DNA from: Planctomycetota bacterium
Lineage (GTDB): Bacteria; Planctomycetota; Phycisphaerae; SM23-33
DNA: 64,000 bases
NCBI GenBank assembly: GCA_024275995.1
Contig: JAJRYB010000067.1
Location: forward strand, 28,417-92,416
Reading direction: 5' to 3'
Shown piece after piece: positions 8,288 through 18,412 of the stretch. The notes under the pieces are model-generated. The model was given only the letters and a program-made list of their open reading frames with translations, was not told where the DNA came from and made no database searches. Position numbers and translations under genes: made by a program. The number at the start of each line of letters is the position of its first letter. Position 1 is the first letter of the stretch.

Positions 8288-10567
8288 GTGACTTCCGATC
8301 GCCGGGTCTCCTCCGAACTTTCGCGGGACTTGAACCTGTTCCACGTAACCATGATGGGACTGGGGATGATGATCGGCGCGGGGGTTTTTATCGGTATCGG
8401 GATAAGCACCGGGCGCGTCGGTCCCGGAGGGGTAATCATGACGTTCGCCCTCAGCGGACTGCTTGCGCTGTTCACCGCAATGAGCTTCGCCGAACTGAGC
8501 AGCGCCATTCCCCGTGCCGGAGGCGCGTACAACTTCGCGCGAATCGCGTTCGGTCGCGGTCCCAGCTTCCTTGCCGGGTGGATGGAATGGTTCGCCTCCT
8601 CGGTCGCGGGCAGCCTGTATGCCGTGGTCTTCGCCGGATACACCGTCAAGTACGTAACCAACGGCCTGCTTGGAATGGACCTGGCGGACGAGGACCTTAT
8701 GGTGGTCGTAAGAATCGTCGCCGTCGCTGTGGCGTCGCTGTTCATCTACATCAACTACCGCGGCGCGTCCGAGACCGGAAAGATCGGCGCGATAATTACG
8801 GTTGGACAGATGCTCTTCGTCGTCGCAATCGCGGTGATTGGCATCGTAATAGCTATCGTCGAACCGTCGCGGATGGCGAACTTCACACCCTTCATGCCGA
8901 ACGGATGGGGAGAGCTCCTGGTAACGATGGGATTCATCTACGTCGCGTTCGAGGGGTTCGAGGTGATCGCCCAGGCCGGCGACGAAACGATCGACCCGAA
9001 GCGAAATATACCCAAGGCGATGCTCTACTCGGTGCTGATCGTTACGATCACGTACGTCGCCGTTTCGTTCGCGACGATGGTCTCCATCAAGAGCGGCGCC
9101 GAGGGTGTCGGCGACGAGGTCTGGCGGTGGATCGGAACGCGCGGACCCCAGGCGGACGGCGAGCACGGCTTCGGCGAGGCGATCAACCGCATGATCCCCT
9201 TCGGGGGGCTACTGGTGACGCTGGCGGTGGTGTTCGCCTCGACATCCGCGATGAACGCCACGGTCTACTCGGCGACGAGGGCGTCTTACGCGCTGGGCAG
9301 AGACCGGATGCTCCCTGCCGCGTTCGCTAAAATCAGCCCGAAACGCAAAACGCCCTACGTTGCCCTGGCGTTCACCGGCGTGATCGTGCTGGTCGTTGCG
9401 GGACTGCTGCCCACCAAAGACGTCGCGTCCTGTGCGAGCATCATGTTCCTTTTCCTGTTCCTGATGGTGAACCTGTGTGTCATAAAAATCCGGCGGAACA
9501 TGGGCGACGAGCTGACGTACGGCTTCGTAATGCCGCTTTTTCCCCTGTTTCCGATCCTGGCGATTATTTTCCAGGTGCTGCTGGCGGCGAATATCCTGCA
9601 CATGAGCCTGATGGCGTGGATCATCGCGCCAATCTGGGTGCTGGCGGGAATTGTTTTATACTTCGCCTATTCGCGATCGCGCGCCATAACCACGGCCGAC
9701 GAAATCCTCGTCATCGAAGAGGGCGAAACTCCCGCCGGAGACGGCTGCCGAATCATGGTCTCCGTCGCGAACCCCGACGGCGCCCTCCAACTCGTCCAGA
9801 ACACATACCGGATATGCTCAGCCAGGAACGCCCGCGTGGAATTGCTCCACATGGTTCCGGTTCCGGACCAGGTTCCGCTCGCCGACGCCGGGCCGTACAT
9901 GCTCGAAGGAAAAGAGGGCATCCAGGAAACGATGCTTTACCTCGCACCGCAATTCCCGATCAGCACTCACCTGCGATATTGTCGCAACGTGGCGCGTGGT
10001 ATCGTCAGCGCTGTGAGGGAAAAGAAAATCAACATGCTCATCATGGGGTGGCACGGTAGATCTCGCAGCGGGCTGTTCCACCTCGGAAGCACCGTGGACC
10101 CGATCATCGAACGGGCGCCCTGCGACGTGGTGATCCTGAAAGACTGCGGGGGGAACCGGGTGTTCAAGCGTGTGCTGGTCCCTGTCGCCGGTGGACCCAA
10201 CAGCGCACTTGCGCTGGAAATCGCCAGCACGCTCGCCGACGGTCAGGAAGGGCGCATCGTCGCGTTTACCGTGGACAGAGGCATGGGCTTCGATCTCGAT
10301 GCTTTCCTGGAAAAGAATCGATCCCGCCTGCGCTTGCCTCGCGAGCGGATAGAAACGAAAATCGTCAGCCGGGCGGATATCCGCCAGGCGATTCTCGATG
10401 AATCGCAGGAGTACGACCTGGTAGTCCTGGGCAGCACCGCCGAGGCGCGCCTGCGATTGATGAGACACGATCCGGTACCCGAAGCGGTAGCCAAGGCGTG
10501 TAAAAAACCGCTCGTAATGGTGCGGGCATCGTCGGGACTGCGAAGCTGGATCCGGCGTTGGATATAA
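8288..10567 (+). CDS. APC-family amino-acid permease fused to two C-terminal UspA (universal stress) domains
   Basis: N-terminal 12-TM region containing MMGLGMMIGAGVFIGIGI, typical of APC transporters. The C-terminal ~300 aa carries two Usp-like alpha/beta units (VELLHMVPV.., INMLIMGWHG, RVLVPVAGGPNS). GTG start. Confidence 0.8.
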   Translation: MTSDRRVSSELSRDLNLFHVTMMGLGMMIGAGVFIGIGISTGRVGPGGVIMTFALSGLLALFTAMSFAELSSAIPRAGGAYNFARIAFGRGPSFLAGWMEWFASSVAGSLYAVVFAGYTVKYVTNGLLGMDLADEDLMVVVRIVAVAVASLFIYINYRGASETGKIGAIITVGQMLFVVAIAVIGIVIAIVEPSRMANFTPFMPNGWGELLVTMGFIYVAFEGFEVIAQAGDETIDPKRNIPKAMLYSVLIVTITYVAVSFATMVSIKSGAEGVGDEVWRWIGTRGPQADGEHGFGEAINRMIPFGGLLVTLAVVFASTSAMNATVYSATRASYALGRDRMLPAAFAKISPKRKTPYVALAFTGVIVLVVAGLLPTKDVASCASIMFLFLFLMVNLCVIKIRRNMGDELTYGFVMPLFPLFPILAIIFQVLLAANILHMSLMAWIIAPIWVLAGIVLYFAYSRSRAITTADEILVIEEGETPAGDGCRIMVSVANPDGALQLVQNTYRICSARNARVELLHMVPVPDQVPLADAGPYMLEGKEGIQETMLYLAPQFPISTHLRYCRNVARGIVSAVREKKINMLIMGWHGRSRSGLFHLGSTVDPIIERAPCDVVILKDCGGNRVFKRVLVPVAGGPNSALALEIASTLADGQEGRIVAFTVDRGMGFDLDAFLEKNRSRLRLPRERIETKIVSRADIRQAILDESQEYDLVVLGSTAEARLRLMRHDPVPEAVAKACKKPLVMVRASSGLRSWIRRWI

Positions 10568-10615
10568 CGGCAGCCGGCCGGCATGCTGCCCTGCCTTTGA
10601 CGGAGACTCGAAAAC

Positions 10616-12052
10616 GTGCTGAAAGAATTGGAAACGCGATTCAGGGATATTTCCGGGGGGGTGGACTTCTGCTCGCTGCGCTACCTGCGTGAACGTGACG
10701 AGCTGCTCACCGTCCGCCAGGACGTTCCCCAGCCGGTGCAGGACAGCGACGACGGAGGATTCATGATCACCGTCCTGCACGAGGGGGGTATGGGTTACGG
10801 CGCCGGTAGCGACTTGAGCGCAGCCGGTCTGAAATGGGCGTTCGACCAGGCCCTCTTCTGGGCTGGACAAACTGCCGGGAGGTGCGTGACGGATTTCAGC
10901 AAACTCTCTCCTCCCTGCCCATCCGACGAATACGCCGGGCCGGAAGAAAATCCGTGGGTCTCGACGCCATTGGAGGAGAAATTCGATCTTCTCCGATCGC
11001 TCTCGGCGCAATTGAAGAGCTGCGGGAAGATCGTGGATTGGGAAGCCTCGTTGTGGCACACGTCGACCCAGACGCTTTACCTGACTTCCGAAGGCGGCAG
11101 ATGCCGACAGACGTTCAGCTACATGGCCCCTTTGCTGCGTGCCACGGCCAATGCCGGTTCCCAAACCCAGACGCGCACGCTCCACGCCGGTCGTGGCGCG
11201 TGCATGCAGGGCGGCATGGAAATTCTGGAGAAGATCGGCTACTCCGACGCGCCCCGGCGCATCGCCGACGAGGCGGTCCGGCTTCTCTCTGCGCCGGATT
11301 GCCCCGCGGGAACGATGGACCTCGTGCTCGCCCCGGACCAGATGATACTCCAGATTCACGAATCCATAGGCCATCCGCTGGAACTCGATCGCATCCTGGG
11401 CGATGAACGCAACTACGCCGGAACGAGCTTCGTAACGCTGGACATGTTCGGCAGCTACCAATACGGCTCGGAGCTGCTGAACGTAACGTTCGACCCGACG
11501 CGGCCCGAGCAGTTCGCCAGTTACGCCTACGACGACGAAGGTCTCAAGGCCGAGAAGACATACGTCATCGAGAAAGGCCTGTTGAAGCGCCCCCTGGGAG
11601 CGAGCGTCTCTCAGGCGAGGGCGAACATCGCCGGCGTAGCGAACGGTCGGGCGTGCGGCTGGAACCGCCCCCCGATCGACCGGATGGCGAACCTGAACGT
11701 CGAACCCGGCGAAAGCACATTCGACGAGATGATCGCCGCTGTGGAAAACGGAGTCTACATGGAGGCGAACCGTTCGTGGTCCATCGACGACAGCAGGAAC
11801 AAGTTCCAGTTCGGCTGCGAGTACGGCAGGCTTATCAGAGACGGTCAACTGGGCGAGCTGGTCAAGAACGCCAACTATCGCGGCATATCGGCTACGTTCT
11901 GGCGAAGCCTGCGGATGGTGGGAAACCTTTCGACGTTCCGCCTGCTCGGAACGCCGAACTGCGGAAAGGGCGAACCGAACCAGGTTATCCGGGTCGGACA
12001 CGCCGCGCCGGCGTGCCTTTTCACGAACGTGGACGTCTTCGGAGGAGCGTGA
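10616..12052 (+). CDS. tldD: TldD-family metalloprotease
   Basis: HESIGHPLELDRIL metal-binding motif and the GxC Gly-rich C-terminus. The longer antisense ORF 9818..12847 is rejected. Confidence 0.8.
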   Translation: MLKELETRFRDISGGVDFCSLRYLRERDELLTVRQDVPQPVQDSDDGGFMITVLHEGGMGYGAGSDLSAAGLKWAFDQALFWAGQTAGRCVTDFSKLSPPCPSDEYAGPEENPWVSTPLEEKFDLLRSLSAQLKSCGKIVDWEASLWHTSTQTLYLTSEGGRCRQTFSYMAPLLRATANAGSQTQTRTLHAGRGACMQGGMEILEKIGYSDAPRRIADEAVRLLSAPDCPAGTMDLVLAPDQMILQIHESIGHPLELDRILGDERNYAGTSFVTLDMFGSYQYGSELLNVTFDPTRPEQFASYAYDDEGLKAEKTYVIEKGLLKRPLGASVSQARANIAGVANGRACGWNRPPIDRMANLNVEPGESTFDEMIAAVENGVYMEANRSWSIDDSRNKFQFGCEYGRLIRDGQLGELVKNANYRGISATFWRSLRMVGNLSTFRLLGTPNCGKGEPNQVIRVGHAAPACLFTNVDVFGGA

Positions 12053-12061
12053 GGAAACGAC

Positions 12062-13384
12062 ATGCAGGAATCCTTCTTTGAATTGACGGACGGGCTTTTC
12101 GAGAACCTTCAGGGCGACGAGGTTCTGCTGGTCAACTTTTCGGGCGAGGTGTCGGACTTTATCCGGTTCAATCGAACACTTGTCCGCCAGGCCGGCACGG
12201 TCCACCAGCGGCACCTGAATATCGAGCTTATCGAAGGCGGAAAGCATTTGTCCGGAACGATTACGCTTACCGGCCGGCAGGAGATGGACGTACCGATCGC
12301 AAGGGCGGCGCTCGCACGACTTCGAGAGCGACTGCCGAACGTTCCGGAGGACCCGTACCTTCTTTATGCCACCGAACCGCGAAACACCGAGCACTTCGGA
12401 ACGAATAATCTGCGCAATCGCGACGAAGTGCTGGGCGAGATCCTTCGCGCAGGCGAGGGGCGAGACATGGTGGGAATATACGCCGGGGGCGGAATCTACC
12501 GCGGACTGGCCAACTCTCTCGGGCAGCGGAACTGGTTCCAGACCTACACGTTCCACCTGGACTGGTGTTTCTACCACGAGAAAGACAAGGCCGTCAAAAC
12601 CAGCTACGCCGGTTTCGAGTGGGACCACGGGCAGTTCGCCGGAAAGGTGGACTCCGCCGTCGGGCAACTGGAGATGCTTGCCATGCCCGCCAGGACCATC
12701 AAGCCGGGCGAGTATCGCGTGTACCTTTCGCCGGACGCCGTGAATGAGTTCGTCTCGATGATATGCTGGAGCGGTTTCGGCCTGAAGAGCCATCGTACGA
12801 AAACAACGAGCCTGTTGAAGATGATCTCCGACGAGGCGAAACTGCACCCGTTGATGACAATCCGCGAGAACACGCGCGAGGGAATCGCGCCGAACTTCGA
12901 GCCGTCAGGATTCATCAGGCCGGAGGAGGTCACGCTCGTCGAAAATGGAAAGCTCCACGACTGCCTCGTTTCGCCGCGCTCGGCGAAAGAGTACGGCGTC
13001 GAAACCAACGGCGCCGCCGCTCACGAGGGTCCGCTGTCGCTCGATGTCTCCGGCGGCGATATGCCCAAGGAAGATGCGCTCAAGCGACTTGGAACCGGCG
13101 TTCTGATAGGCAGACTGTGGTACCTGAACTATTCGGACCGCCCGGCATGCAGGATTACCGGGATGACCAGGTTCGCCACGTTCTGGGTTCAAGACGGTGA
13201 AATCCGCGCGCCGATGAACGTGATGCGATTCGACGAGACCGCCTACCGCGTGCTGGGCGAAAACCTGCTCGACCTGACGCGGCAGCGGGATTTCATCCCC
13301 AGTTCCAGCACGTACGGTGGACGGGCGACGTCCAGTTCGCGCATGCCCGGAGCGTTGGTGGATAACTTCACGTTCACACTGTGA
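12062..13384 (+). CDS. PmbA/TldE-family protein (TldD partner)
   Basis: Lies directly downstream of tldD with similar size and Gly-rich segments (GGGIYRG, GxLIGRLWYLN). Same operon. Confidence 0.65.
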   Translation: MQESFFELTDGLFENLQGDEVLLVNFSGEVSDFIRFNRTLVRQAGTVHQRHLNIELIEGGKHLSGTITLTGRQEMDVPIARAALARLRERLPNVPEDPYLLYATEPRNTEHFGTNNLRNRDEVLGEILRAGEGRDMVGIYAGGGIYRGLANSLGQRNWFQTYTFHLDWCFYHEKDKAVKTSYAGFEWDHGQFAGKVDSAVGQLEMLAMPARTIKPGEYRVYLSPDAVNEFVSMICWSGFGLKSHRTKTTSLLKMISDEAKLHPLMTIRENTREGIAPNFEPSGFIRPEEVTLVENGKLHDCLVSPRSAKEYGVETNGAAAHEGPLSLDVSGGDMPKEDALKRLGTGVLIGRLWYLNYSDRPACRITGMTRFATFWVQDGEIRAPMNVMRFDETAYRVLGENLLDLTRQRDFIPSSSTYGGRATSSSRMPGALVDNFTFTL

Positions 13385-13388
13385 AACC

Positions 13389-14477
13389 ATGGCGATTGAA
13401 CAGGAAAAACGCTGGCAGCAAATTGCGAAGCCCTGGATCATCGTAGTCCTGCTGTTGATCACCGCGGCAGGTCTCTGGTGGCGAGGCCGATCCTTCGTTT
13501 CCCTCGGGCGGAAGAAATTCGACCGTCATCTGGAAAACGTGATGGGCACCACGGCGAACCTGACGGTCGTGCTCCCCGGTGGAAAAGACGACGACACCCG
13601 CGAAGCCCTCGATCGCGCCGAGGCGGCGCTGCGTGCCGTCGAAACGGCGATGAGCAGGCGGATCGAAAGTTCCGATATCGGGCGGTTAAACTCAGCAGCG
13701 GCGGGCGAGGAAGTAAGCCTCTCGCCGATTACCCGCACGGTCCTGCGCGCGTCGCGCGAGTTCTACAATCTGACCCGCAAGCCAGGCAGCCCTCACGGCG
13801 CGTTCGACGTTACGATTCTTCCGCTCACCCTGCGATGGATGCGTGCGGGCAGTGAAAAGGCCCTTCCTTCCGACGACGAAATCGCCGCCGCACGCCGGGC
13901 GTCGTCATGGAATCTGCTCGAATTAACCGAGCGCGGCGCAATCAAGAAAGCCGCGACGGCGAGCGTCGACCTGGGCGGTATCGCCAAGGGATTCAGTATC
14001 GACCAAGCGACCCGGCAGTTGCGCCAGGCCGGGTGCGCTGGTGCGATGGTGGAAGTCGGGGGCGATATCCGCTGCTTCGGGACGGCGCCGTCCGGCGGGA
14101 AGTGGTCAATCGGAGTGCGCAGCCCGTTCGATAAAAGACGACTGCTCTACACGATCGAAATAGCATCCGGGGCGGTCTGCACCAGCGGAAACTACGAGCG
14201 GTTCTCGACGATACAGGGGCGGAGGTACAGCCACATTATCGATCCAACCACGGGTTGGCCTGTCGATTTTGCGCCATCCGTCACGGTCTACGCACCGACG
14301 GCGATGACAGCCGACGTGTGGGCGACCGCCCTTAGCGTTCTGGGGCGCGAAGGCCTGTCGCTCATCCCGAAAGGTTCGCGCATCGAGGCGATGATCATCC
14401 TTGGCCGACCTACCGAATACGAAGTGGTCATGACGCCGGGCTTCCGGAAACTGCTAAGCCCCACCCAGAAGCCTTAG
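13389..14477 (+). CDS. apbE: FAD:protein FMN transferase ApbE
   Basis: Contains DLGGIAKGFSID, EVGGDIRCFG, CTSGNYERF and SHIIDPTTGWP motifs. N-terminal signal anchor. Start trimmed to the ATG at 13389, just after the upstream stop. Confidence 0.85.
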   Translation: MAIEQEKRWQQIAKPWIIVVLLLITAAGLWWRGRSFVSLGRKKFDRHLENVMGTTANLTVVLPGGKDDDTREALDRAEAALRAVETAMSRRIESSDIGRLNSAAAGEEVSLSPITRTVLRASREFYNLTRKPGSPHGAFDVTILPLTLRWMRAGSEKALPSDDEIAAARRASSWNLLELTERGAIKKAATASVDLGGIAKGFSIDQATRQLRQAGCAGAMVEVGGDIRCFGTAPSGGKWSIGVRSPFDKRRLLYTIEIASGAVCTSGNYERFSTIQGRRYSHIIDPTTGWPVDFAPSVTVYAPTAMTADVWATALSVLGREGLSLIPKGSRIEAMIILGRPTEYEVVMTPGFRKLLSPTQKP

Positions 14478-14488
14478 CCTGGAATGCC

Positions 14489-15337
14489 CTACTCCTCTTG
14501 ACCGGAGGCGAGAACGCTATCGGTGAAACGTCGCATCGCCGCCACGTAACGGCGATATGACTTCATGAACCCCTCGTTGTGGCTGCCGGATATCTCCACG
14601 AACGTCTTTGGCTCGTTGGCGGCTGCGTAAACGCGCCGGCCGTGATCTATCCCGATCAATCTGTCGTCCGCGCTGTGGATCACCAGCACGGGGCACTTCA
14701 CTCGCTTCACGAATTCCACCGTGTTGTAATCGAATCGCGACAGCAGTCGAGCCGGCATGAACGGAAGCTTCTCGACTCCAATATCCGTCGCCGAAGAGAA
14801 CGACGACTCCACGATAAGCCCCGCCGGCAGATTGTCTTTCGCCAGGTGTGCGGCGATTGCGCCGCCCAGCGATCGGCCATGAATTATGATACTGCCCGGC
14901 GCGAAGAGCTTGTCTTTCGTGAGAAAATCCCACGCCGCCTGCGCGTCGAGGTAGGTGCCTCGCTCGGAAGGCGCCCCGTCGCTGCGCCCGTACCCTCGAT
15001 AATCGAATATGAGAACGCTCAGCCCCATCTCGTGAAGAATTTTCAGCGTGTCGAGACGATACGATATGTTTCCCCCGTTTCCGTGACAGAACAGCACCGC
15101 GCCGCGCGGCTTTCCCGCCGGGATAAACCATCCGTGCAGCTTCACGTCGTCCGCGGTGAGCAGGCTCACGTCCTCGAACGCCAGGCCGTAATCATCCGGC
15201 GCTGCGATAAGCTCGCTTTTCGGGAAGTAAACCAGCCGCGACTGGAAAAAGAACAACCCGATCGCCAACAGGACGTAACCCATCGCCACGGCGCGCACAA
15301 TTCGCCACAGTAGCCTGCGAATTTTTCTCGCACTCAT
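14489..15337 (-). CDS. Alpha/beta-hydrolase fold protein with N-terminal membrane anchor
   Basis: HGNGGN oxyanion-hole region, GRSLGG nucleophile elbow (GxSxG), and the a/b-hydrolase order. Start trimmed to MSARKIRRLLWRIV (ATG at 15337). Confidence 0.75.
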   Translation of the reverse strand: MSARKIRRLLWRIVRAVAMGYVLLAIGLFFFQSRLVYFPKSELIAAPDDYGLAFEDVSLLTADDVKLHGWFIPAGKPRGAVLFCHGNGGNISYRLDTLKILHEMGLSVLIFDYRGYGRSDGAPSERGTYLDAQAAWDFLTKDKLFAPGSIIIHGRSLGGAIAAHLAKDNLPAGLIVESSFSSATDIGVEKLPFMPARLLSRFDYNTVEFVKRVKCPVLVIHSADDRLIGIDHGRRVYAAANEPKTFVEISGSHNEGFMKSYRRYVAAMRRFTDSVLASGQEE

Positions 15338-15393
15338 CCGTTCGTCCGGAAGGTCCGTTTCGTTCACGGCGTCCCTGCCGGCCGGTGAGTTAC

Positions 15394-16308
15394 TTATCCG
15401 TGCCATTCGGTATCGTCTACGGTCGTCTTGAAGTCGGCCTGGATTTCCGAGGGCAGCTCCTCGGCGCTCGTGGCGGCAAGGTCTTTTTCCGTCGGCCTGC
15501 CGACGTAGACAAGCCTCTTCATGGGGCACTTGTCCAGAACGGCGTCGACCGCACTGGTATCCTGCGGGTCGTACCTGTCGTAGTCGATGTGTGGAATGTT
15601 ATCGATCACCTCGAACAGATCGTTCGCCCGCTGGCATGCCCTGCACCCGATGCACCCGACCTTGCAGACGGCCTTGACATCCTTGCCGAAGTCCTTGTTG
15701 GAACACTGGATTATGAGCATCTGCTCGCTCTTGAAGGGCACGATGGAAATAATGTTCCTCGGGCAGACCTTGGCGCACGCGCCGCAGCCGGTGTATTTTT
15801 CGTAATCGACCCTCGCCAGTCCGTCAATCACGTCGATGGCGTCGAACGTGCAGGCTCCTGCGCAATCGCCGAACCCAAGACACCCGTACGTACAGCCCTG
15901 GACGCCGGAGACGAGATTCGCCGACGCGCAGGTTCTCTCGCCGCGGTATTCGTGCCTGCCCAGTCGCATATCGTAAGTTGCCCCGCAATGCACGACGGGC
16001 CTCTGCGAAAAGCTCTGTTCGAGGTCCACTCCCAGTATCTTCGCCAATTCCTCGGCGCAACTCGACCCTCCGACGGTGCATTTGTCCGGTGGAATTTCTC
16101 CGGCGACGACCGCCTCGGCGTACTCGTTGCACCCGACGTACCCGCATCCTCCGCAATTGGCGCCCGGAAGGGCTTCGTTGACCTGCTCGACGCGCGGATC
16201 GACCGCGACGTGAAACGTCTTGTTCGCCCAACCCAGCACGAAGGCCATGCACACCGCCAGCGCCAGCATCGTCATGCCCGCAAGAATTACGATCGTCAGC
16301 ATTTCCAT
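15394..16308 (-). CDS. rnfB: Rnf complex subunit B (ferredoxin-like, polyferredoxin)
   Basis: N-terminal TM followed by a CGGCGYVGC cluster. Multiple 4Fe-4S motifs (CGACAKVCP, CIGCRAC). Confidence 0.88.
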   Translation of the reverse strand: MEMLTIVILAGMTMLALAVCMAFVLGWANKTFHVAVDPRVEQVNEALPGANCGGCGYVGCNEYAEAVVAGEIPPDKCTVGGSSCAEELAKILGVDLEQSFSQRPVVHCGATYDMRLGRHEYRGERTCASANLVSGVQGCTYGCLGFGDCAGACTFDAIDVIDGLARVDYEKYTGCGACAKVCPRNIISIVPFKSEQMLIIQCSNKDFGKDVKAVCKVGCIGCRACQRANDLFEVIDNIPHIDYDRYDPQDTSAVDAVLDKCPMKRLVYVGRPTEKDLAATSAEELPSEIQADFKTTVDDTEWHG

Positions 16309-16311
16309 GTG

Positions 16312-17112
16312 TTATTGTCCTGAACCGCCCGTCGCCGAGGTCGCGTGCGTTTCGCTTCCATGCGAGGAGGCGGTAATCGTCGTCTCGCGCTCCGGTGCGA
16401 TCTTCCTCTTGAGCTTCGTGTCAACGCCGGTGAATCCCATAAACGCCAGCGCCAGTATACCCGCGACGATGAGCGTAATACCCGCTCCTCGCAGGGGCGC
16501 CGGAATATCGCAATGGTCCAGTTCCTCCCGGATCCCAGCCATAATCACAATCGCGATGGTAAAGCCAATCCCGCCGAACACTGCCAGCGTAAGGGCTTGC
16601 GCCAATCCCCAGGACTGCCCTCCGCCCGCCGACCCCCAGTCGCCGCTGCCGCCACCGGTCGAAACGTGTTTCATGATCTCCAGGCACGCGAACAGGATCG
16701 CGCAGTTCGTGGTGATCAGCGGAAGGTACACGCCGAACGACTTGTACATTCCTGGCGAGAATTTTCGCACGTACATTTCGACCAGTTGCACGCTGGAGGC
16801 GATCACGAAGATGTAGACGATGTAGTTCAGGATGCTCAGATCGATGTTCGCCGCCGCCTCGGGAGACATGAAAAACCCGGCGATCCATTTCGTCAGGGGC
16901 GCCGAGGGCTGGAGGATGAAGTTCGTGAACGTCCAGCTCAGCATCGCCGCGATGGATATAACGAACGTAACGGCGCATCCCATTCCGAAGGCCATGTCCA
17001 CGCGCCGCGAGACGCCGATGAACGGGCAGATTCCGACGAAGTACTTCAGGACGAAGTTGTTGATCAGGGCGGCCCCGATCGCGATCAGCAGTAGTGAGAG
17101 AATATAGTCCAT
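16312..17112 (-). CDS. rnfA: Rnf complex subunit A, with Gly-rich insertion and ~45-aa C-terminal tail
   Basis: [22 protein letters not shown]...[41 protein letters not shown] aligns with RnfA/RsxA. It carries an extra [18 protein letters not shown] loop and a [34 protein letters not shown] tail. Confidence 0.85.
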   Translation of the reverse strand: MDYILSLLLIAIGAALINNFVLKYFVGICPFIGVSRRVDMAFGMGCAVTFVISIAAMLSWTFTNFILQPSAPLTKWIAGFFMSPEAAANIDLSILNYIVYIFVIASSVQLVEMYVRKFSPGMYKSFGVYLPLITTNCAILFACLEIMKHVSTGGGSGDWGSAGGGQSWGLAQALTLAVFGGIGFTIAIVIMAGIREELDHCDIPAPLRGAGITLIVAGILALAFMGFTGVDTKLKRKIAPERETTITASSHGSETHATSATGGSGQ

Positions 17113-17123
17113 GTAGCGTTTCC

Positions 17124-17747
17124 TCAGGCGGCGGTCTTTGCGGATCGTGACATTCCAAACCAGTTCGCCCCGCCCAGCAGAAGTCCAAGCGTAATGAACG
17201 CGCCCGGAGGGAGGATCATGATCGCCCACGCCGGCCAGGCTTCCGGCATGACTCGCATTGCGAACCAGCTGCCCTCGCCGAGGATTTCACGCACCGACGC
17301 GATGGACGCCAGCGCCAGTGCGAAACCGATGCTCTGACCGATGGCGTCGGCCCCGGCCGCGATAACGCCCTGCTTGGAGGCGCATACCTCGCAACGGCAG
17401 ATTATGACGCAGTTGACGATGATCAACGGGATGTACGGTCCAAGCTCCTTGCTCATCTCGTACATGTACGCCGCGAGGAACCGGTCGGCTATCGTCACGA
17501 ACGTCGCGATCGTCAGGGTAAACACGAGTATCCGCAGGTGCGGTTTGAGCAGGTGGCGAATCAGGCTGGTGATTATGTTCGCACAGAACAATACGAACAG
17601 CACCGCGCCGCTCATCGTCATCGCAGCCTTCATGTTCCCGGTGACCGCAAGCGTCGGGCACATGCCCAGTAGCTGGCGGTACACGGGGTTCTCCGGCAAT
17701 ATGCCGTTGATGAACCGCTCCAGTGGTGTCGGGCCGTCTTTCGCCAT
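17124..17747 (-). CDS. rnfE: Rnf complex subunit E
   Basis: [24 protein letters not shown]...[10 protein letters not shown] is an RnfE/RsxE signature. Confidence 0.88.
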   Translation of the reverse strand: MAKDGPTPLERFINGILPENPVYRQLLGMCPTLAVTGNMKAAMTMSGAVLFVLFCANIITSLIRHLLKPHLRILVFTLTIATFVTIADRFLAAYMYEMSKELGPYIPLIIVNCVIICRCEVCASKQGVIAAGADAIGQSIGFALALASIASVREILGEGSWFAMRVMPEAWPAWAIMILPPGAFITLGLLLGGANWFGMSRSAKTAA

Positions 17748-17754
17748 CTGTTAT

Positions 17755-18399
17755 TCAGTCCTTCTTCTTCAGTGTGCCCATCTTGTCGCGGAACTCGCCA
17801 ACAGCATTGTTGACGATCCCGCAAACGCTATTCGAGGAAATCGTCGCGCCGGTGATCGCCTCGATCTGATTGGCTTTCGTGGGCACAGCCTTGGTCTCTT
17901 CGAGCGGAACGTCGGTCCTCCTGCCCGTAAACTGATCGGCCCAGACCTTTCCCTTCCACTTCCTGCCGGCGATCTTGTTTCCAAGCCCCGGGGTTTCCTT
18001 CTGGGCCAGCACGTACAGGCCGGTGATGATTTCCGCGCGTTTGTCCAGACCTATCAGCAACTCGATCTTGTCGGCGAAACCGTCCCCGACCGCTTTTATC
18101 ACCCATCCGAGATGCCGCCCGTCAGCGGCGAAGGCCTTGTAGGCGATCTTCCCTCCGGGCGTTTCCCACGTTTCGGTCCTGCTGCGATCGGCGGACAGGA
18201 ACCGGCCGGTTTCGCCGATCGCAACGCGCACGAGGTGCGGCACCTGCCCGTAGGTTTCGTCGAGCTTGTTCTCGTCGATCCTGGGTTGAAGCGCGATATG
18301 CGCCCCGGCCAGCACCGCCCCGAAAAGAAGCGCCATCGCAAGCACAAGCCATGCCTGACCGATGTATCCACCACACCTGGAACCTGTTCGTTTCATCAT
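17755..18399 (-). CDS. rnfG: Rnf complex subunit G (FMN-binding)
   Basis: Signal anchor, then the FMN-binding domain ending ITGATISSNSV. Confidence 0.85.
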   Translation of the reverse strand: MMKRTGSRCGGYIGQAWLVLAMALLFGAVLAGAHIALQPRIDENKLDETYGQVPHLVRVAIGETGRFLSADRSRTETWETPGGKIAYKAFAADGRHLGWVIKAVGDGFADKIELLIGLDKRAEIITGLYVLAQKETPGLGNKIAGRKWKGKVWADQFTGRRTDVPLEETKAVPTKANQIEAITGATISSNSVCGIVNNAVGEFRDKMGTLKKKD

Positions 18400-18412
18400 A
18401 CTTCCTGCATTT

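Noticed and set aside
8139-8291. 50-codon ORF (MDLDAVFGCIAVALSLGLIVGLVLWSCRSIDRIARKGLGSAREILKDKRT) between queF and the permease gene
   Set aside because: It is a plausible small membrane peptide, but there is no RBS and no way to test conservation here. Left unannotated.
9818-12847. 1009-aa ORF on the minus strand
   Set aside because: It lies antisense to well-supported tldD, the PmbA-like gene and the 3' end of the permease-Usp gene. It has no motifs and is rich in Arg/Ala/Gly/Pro, as expected for a reverse-frame ORF in high-GC DNA.
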